From: Antedon mediterranea
Taxonomy: Eukaryota; Animalia; Echinodermata
Assembly: GCF_964355755.1 (NCBI RefSeq)
Contig: NC_092670.1
Coordinates: 7,244,201 to 7,308,200 of the forward strand
DNA length: 64,000 bases
Direction of reading: 5' to 3'
Every line of letters starts with the position of its first letter. Positions within the stretch are counted from its first letter, which is position 1. The notes below the pieces were generated by a model that worked only from the letters and a program-made list of their open reading frames with translations, was not told where the DNA came from and made no database searches. A program made the position numbers and the translations under genes. Below are positions 1-14,600 of the stretch, in pieces.

Positions 1-323
1 GGACAAAATGGTAATCGTTCTTCATTCGTAAATTTCAACTAATGAAGTTGACTCTATGTTTATAAAAATGAGTTTATTCTAAAATGATGAGACCTCCTCC
101 GTGTTTACAAAAATATAATTGTTTCTCAAAAAGTTTTGTGAAATGTTTTGAAATATATTAAATTTATGATTAACTAATCTTTTTTCAATTTAATTGTTCA
201 AACTTTTAATTGATAACATTCTTATCTTTTTATAAACAGTTCAGTTCAATGTGATGACAAAACAATATTATACATTCACTCAGGCTAAATTACAGATGCT
301 GTTTCATTTTTTTTTTTTTTCAG

Positions 324-1720
324 AAAGCTACGAAAGAGTAAACCAAAACAAATATTATGCCACCTGTGTGTATCATTACTCTGCTTGTATCTGATCTTTC
401 TGGTTGGGATTGACAGAAAAGATAAAAAAGGTTCTTGTACGGCCATTGCTGGACTGATTCACTACTTTTTGTTGACGTCTATGTTTTGGATGTCTGTGCA
501 GGCATTTAACCTGTATTACTTGATCGTGAAAGTTTATAATACACACGTTTCTAGGTTTTTCTTAAAAGCCTGTCTTTTTGCTTGGGGTAAGTGCACAAAC
601 ATACAAAATGACAATTATTAGCTAATGTAAACTAACTACATGATAAAAAAGAAGTAATTGATTATGGCAGTTTGTTGCCAAAGCATGTTTTAAAATGGAA
701 AACAAGCGTCTCACGCGCTACTCGGTAAATTGATTCATTGGACTTACTTTTTAAGTTATACATTAGGATGTGTGATTATCACTATATATACATTTATTGT
801 TTACAGGTCTACCAGCTGTGATTGTTGCTATTACTGTTGGTATTGATGTTGACAATTATGCAAATAAAGACTAGTAAGTTACAACATTTATTTAGAAACA
901 ATTCAAGAAATAAAGGCAGCATACATTAATTAAAATAACTTAAATGGTAACATTAAATTGTAAACTATTAATATTTATTAAATATTGAGTAAACCAACTC
1001 GCAGTTTTCCGATAATTTGACTAACTTCATACTTAAAAACGGTTTTATTTATCTTTTAAATGTACTCATCCTTTAACTACAACATATTATTGAGAACATA
1101 CATTCTCATTTATGGCAAATTCATTTCTCATGTTTTAGTCGTTCTATAATAACAATAGAATATAGTATACCACTTTAAAACTGAGTTTATTTTTTGTTTA
1201 CAGCTGTTTCCTTGTTGTAACCCGTATGTATTACAGCGTAGCATTACCTATTGCAATCGTATTACTCTTTAATATGATTGTGTTTATTATGGTGTTACAC
1301 AGCATAAGTAAACTTGGTAAAATAACAGCACAAGCTCACGAACACAACAAAAGCAGGCACTTACTGCAGAATGCAGCGTGCATATCTGTAATTATGGGAT
1401 TGACATGGGTTATTGGATTCTTTGCAATTGGTAGTGCCACCGATGAGATTCAGATACTCTTCTGTATCCTGAATTCTTTTCAAGGCTTTGCTATCTTCGT
1501 CCTTTATTGTTTAAGAAGTAAGGATGTTCGTATTTTCTGGACAGAAGAGGTGCGTAAACGATTTAACGGGGTATCTTCAACACTTAGAGGAACCAAAAGT
1601 AGCTCTGTCAATTCCAGTGCAGGTAAAACTACTTCCTTTGGTTTGAATTCGTCTAAAGAAGAGCAACCGAATTCGGATTTTAAAACCAATTCAAGTAACA
1701 ACCAAGAGTATGTTGCTTGA
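324..1720 (+). CDS. Adhesion GPCR paralog A, last three coding exons (TM2-TM7 and C-tail): 324-586, 807-873, 1204-1720; 5' part lies upstream of the window
   Basis: Spliced peptide [19 protein letters not shown]...[27 protein letters not shown]...FAWGLPAVIVAITVG...GLTWVIGFF...LNSFQGFAIFVLYC is a family-B2 (adhesion) 7TM. AG/GT boundaries; internal exon sizes (263 and 67 bp) are identical to the paralog at 52430-53232. Confidence 0.92.
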
Positions 1721-4700
1721 TTGGCGCATGTTTCTAATGATTATTGGGACCGCCCAATCTCTATAACGGTGATGGTTTCTATGATTTTAGTAAACTTTCT
1801 GTTCTATATATTATACTTATTTCAGTCATCATCATCAGTCAAGGTAAAAACAAATCAATTCGATTTAGATAACACCAGTATAATTGTATCTTGGATCCTG
1901 ATGTAAACAAACTACTTTTGCATTAATATTAAAATCATTAACAATACAATAAGAGTTTGTTGTTATGATTGATCCATTATTACAAATATTTTACATCGAA
2001 TATAATGTATATAGATAGTGTATATTTTAATATGTGTGTCAAATATCATCTCTGATTTGAAACTTAATTTTTCGTGTTTGATATTTTTTAAATAAATTAA
2101 AAAAAAATTATTAAACACTCCGCAAAAAGTGAATAAAGCCCTTATGATTCTATAATTCGAACTTTTATGTGTTTTGTATTAACATTATGATCATTATTAT
2201 GTATTCATATTTTAGGTACATTTGTTTGGAAAATCTAATGCAACTGCTTTTGACATATTATTATCATCATTTCAAATAATTTGATAGATTAGATAGATTG
2301 ATTACTAAATCGATATATTACTAGCATTTAAGCAGTTTATTAAAAAGTAAGTAAGGAATCCCGCTATAGATTGATACTGTAATTAGCATATCAAACGTTT
2401 AAAGTTAATACAAATAAATATATTAATAATAATTAATTAGGCCTAATAATAAAATAACATGTTTAAAAACACATGATAATGGATACTAATAGCAATTTTA
2501 CACAGTGATGTAAAGAATACACAATGAATGTAACTGGTAATAGTATAGAATACCATAATAAAATAATTATATGAAGCTGTTGTGTCTAAAGAGTCTTGTT
2601 TTAATTTGATATGTTTACATCACAATTGTAATGTATTTATTTGATATGACATTTAAGATAGCACGTTATATTTATCTTTGCACGTGTTAACTCATAATAC
2701 AAAATGACGAAAAAAGATATATATATAAACAATAGGTAACAGGTAGCACTTGTGTTTATATTCCACTTTTTTGATTTACTACAACAACCACTATCACTTA
2801 TTTCTTTCCACACTTTTGGTTTATTTGTGTAGATACTAATCTATTTCAATATGTCTTGATACATTTAATTCGTGCCGTCTTGTTGGGTAAATAATGCAAA
2901 TGTGTATACCATTGCAGGCAAATATAATTTTAGTTTAAAATGTGGGTTAAAATACTTCGAAAATATTCCAGGAAATTTATATCAGCGTCTACCTTTGCCA
3001 GTTCCTTGTTGAGTCTTCCAAAACGTCTAAATAATATGACTAGAATAATGTATTCTCGTTCATTCATTTCTCTGTATTATTTAGCTAAATTATAAATCAG
3101 GTGGTATATGCAAATTTAGCATGCTTGATTTAGTTTGCTTGTTGCGTAAGAACAATACAAGAACAAAGAGATATTTTTAGAAGCCAGAAATGAACTGTTT
3201 CTATAGAGGCTTACTTTGAAGCCTAAAGCCAGCTGATGCCAAGAATTTAGAGGCTTACTTTGACTTTGATATTTTAACTTACTCTAGTAGAATACACAAG
3301 AAGATGTTGGTAAGCTCTTTATTTATAATACTCTTTTACTTTGTATATCATTATTTGTCAATCTATCAATGAGCTATTCTACTATCATTACGAACATTTC
3401 TTATAAATGTAGGCCTATATTAAATCTTATTACATGGTAATATAACTTGATACATTACGTTGTTTGATAGAGAGGTAATACTATGATTTCACTACATTTA
3501 CAGTGTTATCTTAGTAAATCGGACAAATGGATCAGACATAGATTCATAATATATCAGTTTGAACCAGATAAAGTTGATTAACAAGGTAAAACTTCTTTCA
3601 GAGTGTGTCGTGTCCATAATACTGTACTACAAAATTGAGATGCCTTTTGACAGTAGTTCAAAAGGTTGAACATACATTGTCCGTATTGAATTGCGTGACT
3701 TCTTTGTACAAATATTTCTATAACTTTATCAGCTATATTTACAGTATATTATGGTAAAAGCCCATTGGGCATATGCCTGTCAACTGATTGTAATCAATAG
3801 AAACACATTGTTGTAATAGTTCGTGGAACTTTACATATTCTTAAATGTATATGGGCATTGTGTACATTATACGTTATTATATCTCAGTGCTTGGTCTCTA
3901 CATACGACCATCGTCGGCGTCAAAGGAATCTCCTACGTGGAACATGTAGCCCTATCATGTAGGTTAAGTAAAGGGTTAGGCTATGGTTTTATGTCATTGT
4001 GTATTACAGATCTTCATGATACAGAACCAACTATCCGGCGATGATTAACGTGTAACCTACACGTAACTGTTCTGGAATCAATTCTTACCTTTAGTGATTC
4101 TTACCTTTAGTGATTAAAAGAGGCTGTGAGCTTAATGCTCGTAATGCAGGAATAATTTAAAGATTTTTATTTGTGCTATTCAGATTGTACTGTAGACAAT
4201 TCACAATGTTAGCTTTAGTTAATTAATCCATCTTGCTTCTTGTTTGACTAGTATTCCCATTGCCTTTGATTTACTTTCATTATTGGAAATCACACCCGGC
4301 CAAACAAATCCATAAAAAAGATAATCAAATACACTCTCGATGGGTTTTAAAGGTAAGCATATTACACACTCTCTGGATTCTACCATTATATAAAATAATT
4401 GTATATACCTTATGTCATTAATATTGATATGATTACGTATCGGTTTTATATCCGCATCCCCTTTTTGATCCTAAACACACTTTCTGGATCCGAGTCTGTA
4501 CCCTCTGACTTACATAATTCCATTGGAGCAATTGCGTGTCAGACATTTCCTTATTGACAGTGGGCGAACAGTGAACTGTACTATTTGAAGATGGTTTTAT
4601 AGAAGCCTTGGATGTCTTTTCAAAATCAAAAGGTGTGAAATTGTAAGCATTATGTATTGCTGTACATGCATGACAGAAGAAACAAATTAGGTTAGGATAA

Positions 4701-6108
4701 AAGTACATGCCGGAAAAAATGATTTCAAACAACAAACAAAGTTCATAAGCTTTTTACATGTTATTTCCTGTTCAAACAGCACTACAGATTACTGTCGATA
4801 TATCGTACCAAAATAGAACACATCTTAATTCGAGGTTTGTTTATGATCAATGCGTCTGAGGTATAATGTCATTCATTATTTGTATTGTGATAATTGGACT
4901 TCTGAATAATCTTGTCAATTCACAAAGTGAGTATGTTGTCTATTTAGAGTCGTATCTTAATTAATCTTAATTATTTTTCCAAGAAATCTTAAAAACATGA
5001 GACATTGGGTCAGTAAAGTTCAGATTTGAGGGATCGTTGGTATTATTTATGTTTAGAGAGTGAATATAATATGCATTTCCAATGCCTGTCAAATATCAGA
5101 AACATGAACTTTTTCAATATCTTTTTTATTTGAATATATTGTCTCGTTACCACTCTTTTAAAAACTGTCTAATGTGTGTAAACCTATATGATATCAAAAG
5201 AAAATCCAGATAATACTACTCAATAAGGTGTATGTGGTCGAATTGAAAACGAAACAACAGATGATGGGTGGGAGGCGACTAGTTCGCATTAGATATGATC
5301 ATGGAGTAATAATAATTACTCCATGATATGATAGGTGGAATTCACTCTTCCCTGATAGGCCGTAGTGTAAACACGGTTTATGATACCAATTTGACATTTT
5401 GGTGATCGTAGGATTATTAAAAGAACGATGATATATATGTACGGGTATGTTGGAAGTTATGTTATAAATAAATGAGTTTATGAGTTGTGATGGGTGGGTA
5501 GTGGGTAATGTTTGTGAGGTGTCTGACATGAGAATTTGTTAGAAGGCTATGTCACACATATGCCTGGAAGGGTTTATTATTAGTCTATCAGATGTGATTG
5601 GACGAAATAGAGTAGAAATGATGCAGAAATTTAGGCAATAATCATACATTGCTGCCTGTCAGGCTTATATAATATGTTGTTACATACATATAATGTGTAT
5701 GGGATCGATAAATGTTTAGGTTTGCTATTACACATTGAATGTCACTATTTGTGTTAATATTATTATTTTGCCTGCCTTAGACTGTCCTTAATTACTCTTT
5801 GCGTTAAATTAAATTTGCGTTACTGTATAAACTATATTTAGTGACTTGGATTTAATTCAAGTTTTAAAAAATATTAATAAAATGAATTAAGCTGAAATTA
5901 TTGTATAAATAAAAACAAATTAGTTAATTATTTGTAATTTAAATTATAAAGATAACTTAAATAATCCTCAAATTTACCTAAATAGAAGGAGGAATTGACA
6001 TCTTTAAATATTATTTCATGGTTTCCTAATTAGTTTAATTAAAAATAAAATAAACATAGACTCGATTTATGTTTGTATTTTTTAATGACTTTAATTTATT
6101 ATTCTTAG

Positions 6109-8627
6109 GCCCATGTGATACTGATCTGGTGCTTACAGAGTGGCAACGTAGTATTCTTTACGACACTCCGCCGTCTGAGTCTCCAATATCTGATGATTTT
6201 ATAATAGATGGCTGGTACAAGCTGAGAAATGAGGGTGATAGGATAGATATCAGAATGCCAACCTCATCACCTGGAACTTTTAAATGTGGAACTCTATTCC
6301 CAGTTTGGATTGATGGTTTGTTAACTGTTTGTTATTATAGAAATGAGTCCAATATAATATAAATCATTATATCATCATCGTCATTTTTCTTGAAGGTTAT
6401 CTAGACTTGAAGCTTATCTAAACTAGATCGTAGCCACACATTGTTCTCGATTACTGTAATAAAACTTCGGCATAAATAACTGGCATGTACGCAATACTTT
6501 ACCGCAATACTATTAATATTGCTCTACTTTAATAAACTAAGAGCTCAAATACATTTGTTCTTGTCTTGAGTACAAACAATTAAAAAAAATGGCTGTACCT
6601 GCAATCCTCAAAATTTTGAAAACTATGTGAGATTTTTTTTTTATCAATGTACTTTGCATTTAAACAAAAATTATGTTTCAATTTGTGTAATGACAACCAA
6701 ATAATATTTGGTCAATGACTCAAAAGCCTCCTTTTTTTAGTTAAACCCCTTAAAAAGTTAGGCCAAAATACCACATGAAGCGAATGAATACACCCTGATA
6801 TATATGTAATCAAGTACAATTGAAATTACCTCCGAAACAGAAACTTGACACAGAATTAGGTCAAATAATGATTCAAATTTAAATCCCCTATAGGGCGTAG
6901 CTGTTATGCTTCTATACCTTTAGACAATATGTAGGCCTAGGATAAATGAAACCGTTGAGCAACCACTTGTATTGAATGCAGGCCTACAGTCACGGACTTA
7001 CAATTTTAAATTATTGTATTATTGCGGGTATGTTTCAGCACCAACAACCACCGACAATACCGCAATCGGAAAAACACCCAATTTTGGGGCAAAAAGTTTC
7101 ACCTAAATTCGTTTTAATCGCCAATAATGTATTATCTAAATAAACTTAATTAGTGTAGGCCCCTACTTGTTTTCAGTAGGTATTATGAATCAGTACCGAA
7201 AGTATGTACCATCCTTTGAGCGATTTACTAAAATTTGCCCTTAAGTAAATTTGGAGAAAATGTTTTCATTCAGCTCATACATTGTAATTCGATACTGTCC
7301 TCCACCATTTCAGTACATTTACACGTAATGTGTTTTTAGCAATCTACACTATGTAGATAAATAGAAAGAGGACACAGTAATCATTTTTTTTAATCAATTG
7401 TATAGATACATATCCAGCACTGTGTTTTTAGCAATCTACACTATGTAAATAAATAGAAAGAGGACACAGTAATCCTTTTTTTAATCAATTGTATAGATAC
7501 ATATCCAGCACTTGGAGACCCGATGAAAAGTGTTACTGGCTGCATAGATGTCAGTGGAGATCCATGTGCCTTCTCTGTTCCAATTTCTCTTCTTGCTTGT
7601 TCAACTGTAAACAATGATCTATATTTTGTTCATTTTTTTACTGACACTCCTGGAACTTCAATGGGATATTGCACAGGTAAAAATAAAGTTATCAATAGTG
7701 TTCTTTCTGTTGCTGAGTCAATATAATTAATAAAAATTATCTACTATTTAGGAAAATAAAAAGTCCTGTAGACGTAACGCACCCAATTATTATATATATT
7801 ATTATGCATTTATTCATCGGTCACGATGCTATAAATCCATGGAAACCTACGTATTAAAAAAAAGATTCGAGTCAATATAATAACAGCAACTATCTACTTT
7901 AGAAAATAAAACGTTTTGTTGGCGTAACACATCCTACAAAATAAAGGCCGAACCGATACGAATTTTTTGTTTTCAGATAAAAAAACAAAAGACTAAAAAC
8001 GAATATAAAAAAAAAGAAATATTGATAATGTTTATTATATCTTGATAGAAATGTTTAAAATAATTGTAATTAATTCAATTTCTATTGGGATACTTAATTT
8101 TATTTAAAAATTATAATTTTGTTTTTAAAGCCTACCTAAGTTCAATGAATTTAGGGCTTTTTATTGATATGAATTTATTCAATTAAATATATCTTTATTT
8201 ATCCTTCTTTGGGCAATAAAAAAATGGATTACATCACTGTATTAAAAACATTTTGAAGAGAATAAACTGCTTGATATGCCAATACTAACAACAGAGATGT
8301 AATACAATCTAATATGGCTTATAGATAAAGCATAGTGAAGATTATATAGTACATTGCAATTCCTGAATTGAAGGTATGCGATACAAGACGAAAAAAAATA
8401 TAATCATTTTTTTATTAAAAACACACAGAAAGTGTACGGTTTGCATTCCCTAAGCTAAGATGGAGCTGTATACTGTGTAAGAGTAATTTTGATACATTTA
8501 AAAAAAATAATAAGTTGTGAATGTTAGTTAGAAATTAACAAATTAAAATGGGTTTTTTTTTCAGATTCTCTTTTGCCTTGTGAAGGTAACCTGACTGCTT
8601 CAGCTATTCAGTTTCCACCTTGTAATG
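6109..8627 (+). CDS. aGPCR-B N-terminal cysteine-rich D8C-like (uromodulin/OIT3/VWDE type) domain exons 6109-6315, 7497-7676, 8565-8627
   Basis: [14 protein letters not shown]...DGWYKL...[21 protein letters not shown] / TYPALG...GC...[13 protein letters not shown]...YFVH...GYCT / LPCEG...FPPC. The GWY..MP..P..CGT..P.W pattern is typical of this domain; all exons are phase 1-1. Confidence 0.7.
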
Positions 8628-11600
8628 GTGAGTTTCATCATTTATTTTTAGTCGCGTGGAAGCGACTCTATAGTTCACTATGTCGGTCGGTCGGTCTGTC
8701 GGTCTGTCTGTCGGTCTGTCTGTCTGTCTGTCGGTCCGGTATCACTATGCGTTTTATCGCTTTATGACCTTATCTTGATATCAGTTTAATCTAGCTAAGT
8801 AAATTTTTCACAGAATATTCCTTATGGCCAGGAATCGATGTGGTTATGTTTTCACGGTGCGCAATAAAAAATTACGCGGTCTACGCACGATTTAACGAAA
8901 TCACGTTTGTAATCATCTTAACAACCATGAATCACAATTAAATAAAATTTGGTACTCATAAATTTCAGGGCATAAATCATCATATGGCAATACAATTACG
9001 TGCGTAGCGCATGTAACGCATGCGTACGCGTGCTTAAAATGTTCAAAATTTATTTTCGATGAAATAAGAGTACGTTTCAGGCAATTTTAAGCGTTTACAA
9101 AATTGCCATGAGTGCGCAGATTTTTGCGCGCGCACTGCGCGTTAAATGTTATTGCGCACTCTTTTTGCCCGATTTCTGTTTTCTTGACTTACTTTTCAAC
9201 TCGAAATTACGTTATACGAACACGTCAAAAGTGACAGGCTACGCACGTGTAAATTAAAAAAATATAAATGTTTTTAAACATTTCAACATTTTTAAACATG
9301 TTCAGTAATTTCGGTCAGTATAGTTCACTATGTCGGTCGGTCCGTCTGTCTGTCGGTCTGTCTGTCTGTCGGTCTGTTTGTCTGTCGGTCCGGTATCACT
9401 ATGCATTGTAGCACGCGACTTAATGGCTGTTGGCCTTGTTATAACACAATATGCTGCAGTTTTCTGCGGTAACAATACAACTGGCCGATGATAATACTGA
9501 AAACAGTGAAGATGAAAACAACTTTAATATGATTATTTGTTTAACATTGTCAACAACAGTATTACATTTACTGTAGTTCACGTGTAATAAATTGTTTAGG
9601 TGCATGATATGATTTCATAATGCATCAAAACCACACAAAACAACCACTGTTCTAAAATATTACTTGGGTAATACATTAAAAGTATTTTAAGACATCCATA
9701 CCTGGACATAGGAATAAAAAGATTCGTTGCCCTTCATAATCATTGAACAGCCTATATTTACTTGAGTTAAATTTGTAACCTTTGTTTGCTACACAAAAAT
9801 CCATCTCTTCATTGTATGAATTTCTATATTTGTTATATTAGCATTTAATAAATTATTATGTAAAGAAATTCTGCACAGATATGACTACCTCTATCGATTG
9901 TACATTGAATTTTATTATTATATAGCTTAGGTTGTGTTCAGATTTCAACTCTATAATCAAATGATAAAAAACTGAAAAGCCATGTGACGTTTCTTAGTAA
10001 CTGTACAGTATGTACTTTATCGACAATGTATTGTTATTATTCCAAAGGCATTGTGTTTGAAGATAAAGTTCCTTTACAATGATTTCAAGACACGCAATCA
10101 GGTGATAATCAGTCACCTGTCACTGGGATCAAGGGTCCACTAAAAGCTTTAACGATATTGGACATTTAAATGTCTGTAAATGAATAAAACAACTTAAAAA
10201 CAATCGAAATCAAATTGCAATAACAAATGAATCTATTTGTAAAAAAAATACATATACATTGTCATGTAATGACAAATCTGTCTGGGAATGTGTAAGTACA
10301 ATTCAATCCGATCCGGTCTGCCTCTCTTCCAGCACGCCCCCTCTCTCATTCTTTCTCGCCACTGATAGGGCTTGATTATATTAAAAGTACATACATGTTA
10401 TGATCATAACTGTTATATATCTATCTATATCAATCTTTAAAAAAATAAAAAGAGCATTCACATATACAAAGAATTCATTCCTCTTCAGCTACAAACATTA
10501 ATTTTGTATGTGAAATTTTACATTTTTAGAACGTTTTTTCAAAAAAATTCTAAGAAGTTTAGCATCTATGAATATTCATGTCCTAAGTAAAAAAAAAGTA
10601 GTACTATTTAAATAAATAATGACTATTATGCCTACCAATATGCCTACTAACAATTATGTCTGTATTTCTCAAATTTATAAACAGTTATAATTATATTACC
10701 ATATAAGGACCAAACCTTGTTTTTAAAAATGTTTGTATTATACATACTATTTAATATTTCAATTTTTATGTTTTATTGCATTTCATTAATAGATAATAGT
10801 AGTCCAGTGATTGAATGCCCAACAAATATAACTTCAAACAATTATTTTGGAGAAGGAAATGGGCTAATAGGTGTTAGCACAGATGAAAGAAGTCCAAATG
10901 CAACAGTCACGTGGGATCCTCCTGTGACAAGTGGCAATGGAACAGTGATTGTGGTGTCATCGTCATACGAGTCAGGTGACATGATACCAATTGGTATTCA
11001 CACAATCACCTTTACAGCAACTGATTCTTCTGGTAATATTGACACATGTGACTTTGGTCTTCAGGTTGTAGGTAAAATATTTATCTGTTTTCATGAATAG
11101 TATAGTGATTTAATTAATGTACTTGATCATTGTTGGTTATAGTCAATTTTTTTTTTATATTTCTGTTTAACATTTGTGTTTTACCCATGAAACGTCATCT
11201 TGCGTTTTTCACACAGGATGAGTAAGATTGGTTTGGGCCTCAAAAATTAGTTTGTAACGATTGCTCTATAACATAACATTATAACATAAACAAAAATAAC
11301 TAACTAATGTTACTCATTAAAAAGTCATTGATATTTAGATGATAATTGTAATATATAATTGAACCTTTAATTCCTGTATTTTTTTCTGTATTAATAATAG
11401 ATAATGAGAATCCTGACTTGGTATGTCCCCCTGATATTACAACTACTACATCAGATGGTTTAAATCAAGCAGTTAATGTCACCTGGACTGAACCAATAGT
11501 GTATGACAATTCTGGAGAAGATGCAACACCAACGTCCAAGTACAATCCTGGAAATAATCTATTTGATATTGGCAGCACTGATGTTATATATGATGCAGTT

Positions 11601-14600
11601 GATAGTTCGGGCAATGTAGCAACATGCAACTTTACTGTTACTGTTAGTGGTAAGCATAACGTTGAAGAATCTTATTTTAATAAGGAGGAGCATTGTTGCT
11701 TGTTAACCATTATGCAATTAAACTAAACATCTACAGCTCACTATGTCGATTGGTTGGTCGGTCGGTCGGTAAACACTAACTTTAGCACGCGACTGCAGCC
11801 ATGTATATGACCTTGTTAGAAGATGGCAGACTATCGGACAACCGAGAGTCATGGAACCAATTAGCATACGCAATGTCTACCCAATAGGAGCAGCGTAACA
11901 TATGTTGTGATAATAGTTCATAACTGTTGACAATTTGATCCAGTATATCTAAATAATACTTGTTATCATTTATAGATCTAGAATCGCCAGATATTATCAA
12001 TTGTCCAATGAATATGACTGTTAACACAACAACTGGTGAGGCATTTGCATTCAATGTCACATGGGTTGAACCAACAGCTACTGATAACGCTGGAGAGACT
12101 CCTGTACCAGTAGCAGACTACACTTCCGGTGATAATATGTTTCAAATTGGCGACACAACAGTCCAGTACAATGTATCAGATTCCCCTGGCAACTACAACG
12201 AAAGATGCAGTTTTGTTATCACTGTTGAAGGTAGGTTGTTATCACACTACAGTGGGCAGGCAATTTAAAGTAGCAAACATTGTTTATCAAAAATATACTG
12301 GCGGAATCTTGTGTGTTATAGTTTATCCACATAATATAGCCTACCGGTACTGTATGTTCATTTTATACATTTTAGTGAAGAGGGCAAATTACAATTATGA
12401 TAAAATATATCATGTAACTGTATTATAACATGTTTGATCTTCACCTGTATCTGTACAATTCTTTGTTCTTCATATCAGTGCCTTGAATGTATTCTGTATC
12501 TTATAATTCTTTCTTTCTGCCAACATTGATTCTGATTTCTTAAAATGTTAGCAGTATGACCAATTTATGACCATTTACGGGGCTTCAAAGGCCACGTAAA
12601 ATAGTACCATTTTTAGTCGCGTGGAAGCGACTCTATAGTTCACTATGTCGATCGGTCGGTCGGTCTGTCGGTCTGTCGGTCCGGTATCACTATGCGTTTT
12701 ATCGCTTTCTGACCTTATCTTGATATCAGTTTAATCTAGCTAGGTCAATTTTTCACAGTATATTCCTTATGGCCAGGAATCGATGTGGTTATGTTTTCAC
12801 GGTGCGCAATAAAAAATTACGCGGTCTACGCACGATTTAACGAAATCACGTTTGTAATCATATCTTCACAACCATGAATTACAATTAAATAAAATTTGGT
12901 ACTCATAAATTTCAGGGCATAAATCATCATATGGCAATACAATTACGTGCGTAGCGCATGTAACGCATGCGTACGCGCGCTTACAATTTTCAAAATTTAT
13001 TTTGGATGAAATAAGAGTACGTTTCAGGCAATTTTAAGCGTTTACAAAATTGCCATGAGTGCGCATATTTTTGCGCGCACACTGCGCGTTAAATGTTGTT
13101 GCGCACTCTTTTTGCCCGATTTCTGTTTCCTTGACTTACTTTTCAACTCGAAATTACGTTATACGAGCACGTCAAAAGTGACAGGCTATGCACGTGTAAA
13201 TTAAAAAAATATAAATGTTTTTAAACATTTCAACATTTTTAAACATGTTCAGTAATTTCGGTCAGTATAGTTCACTATGTCGGTCGGTCTGTCTGTCTAT
13301 CTGTCTGTCGGTCTGTCTGTCGGTCCGGTATCACTATGCATTGTAGCACGCGACTTAATTGCTGTTGGCCTTGTTTCTTGTTAATTTACAACAAAATCAA
13401 CTAATCTGAAATTTAAATATTCAATTTCTTAATTTTTATATTTGCATTCATTTCAAAATTATGTTTTCATATTTGCTGGCACTTGAGATAAGATTTGCTT
13501 ACCTTATTGCAACATTTGCATCCATTTTTTTGGAGTATGTTTCTCTCACTACATAATTTTATTGATGTCTATTGTTTCCTTCAGATTATGTCTATGTATA
13601 TTTTAATTAATAGATAATGAACGTCCAATGATTGAATGCCCAAAAAATATCACTTCAAACAATTATATTGGAGAAGATAATGGACTAGTTGGTGTTAGCA
13701 CAGATGAAGGAAGTCCAAATGCCACAGTCACGTGGGATCCTCCTTTGGCAAGTGACAATATTAATGCATCAGTGACTGTAGTTTCATCACCATTTGAGTC
13801 AGGTGACATGATACCAATCGGTACTCACGCAATCACCTTTACAGCAACTGATTCTTCTGGTAATATTGACACATGTGAATTAAACATCAAGATTGAAGGT
13901 AAAAATATAAAAGCTTTATTTAATAATGTATTAAATGTATAATTAAAAACCAAATTAAAAATATGACTGATTTAGCCTAGTCTAATAGGAATATTATTGG
14001 AAACTAAATACTATTTAAGTGTAATTTTTCAAATCAAAAGACAACTAATGAATAACATTTATTTTTTACAATTTGCTTGCTATATTTGACGTTGCGTTTG
14101 CGGAAACAACCTAATTAAAGGCCGCTCGAGATTAAATTAAAAGTTAACCGCTAATTGTCTCAACAATATAGTTTGTATGTATTGATCACCTGTTGAAGTG
14201 TTTAAATCTACTTTATTTAGTTTAAAATATAAATTATTTAGGGTTTATCGTTTTTCTTTTATATATCTTATATAATTATGTCATATGTCATTTAGTTGAA
14301 CAAACATTTAAACATGCTTTTTTTTTGCATAGTCTTTAGAAGCTTCGTACATCAATGCTATTCTGTTTTTATATATAAACATATTTTATTATTTTGTCTA
14401 TTTGGCAGATTAAACATTCCCTAATGATTTTATATTTAGATTATATTATGAATTTTGCACAGTTCATTTAAAATTCATTAACCCTTAGATCAAGAAGCTC
14501 CAGATATTATCAGTTGTCCAATGGACATGACTGTTAATACAGCGACGGGTGAGGTATTTGCAATAAATGTTACATGGATGGAACCGACAGCTACTGATAA

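Noticed and set aside
3180-4360. Candidate first/signal-peptide exons of aGPCR-B (donors near 3310 and 4353)
   Set aside because: Good GTAAG donors, but I could not find an open frame giving a hydrophobic signal peptide in the required phase; left unassigned.
4400-5760. ORFs 4433-4735 and 5299-5529, possible old retroelement or pseudogene debris
   Set aside because: No motif I can identify with confidence.
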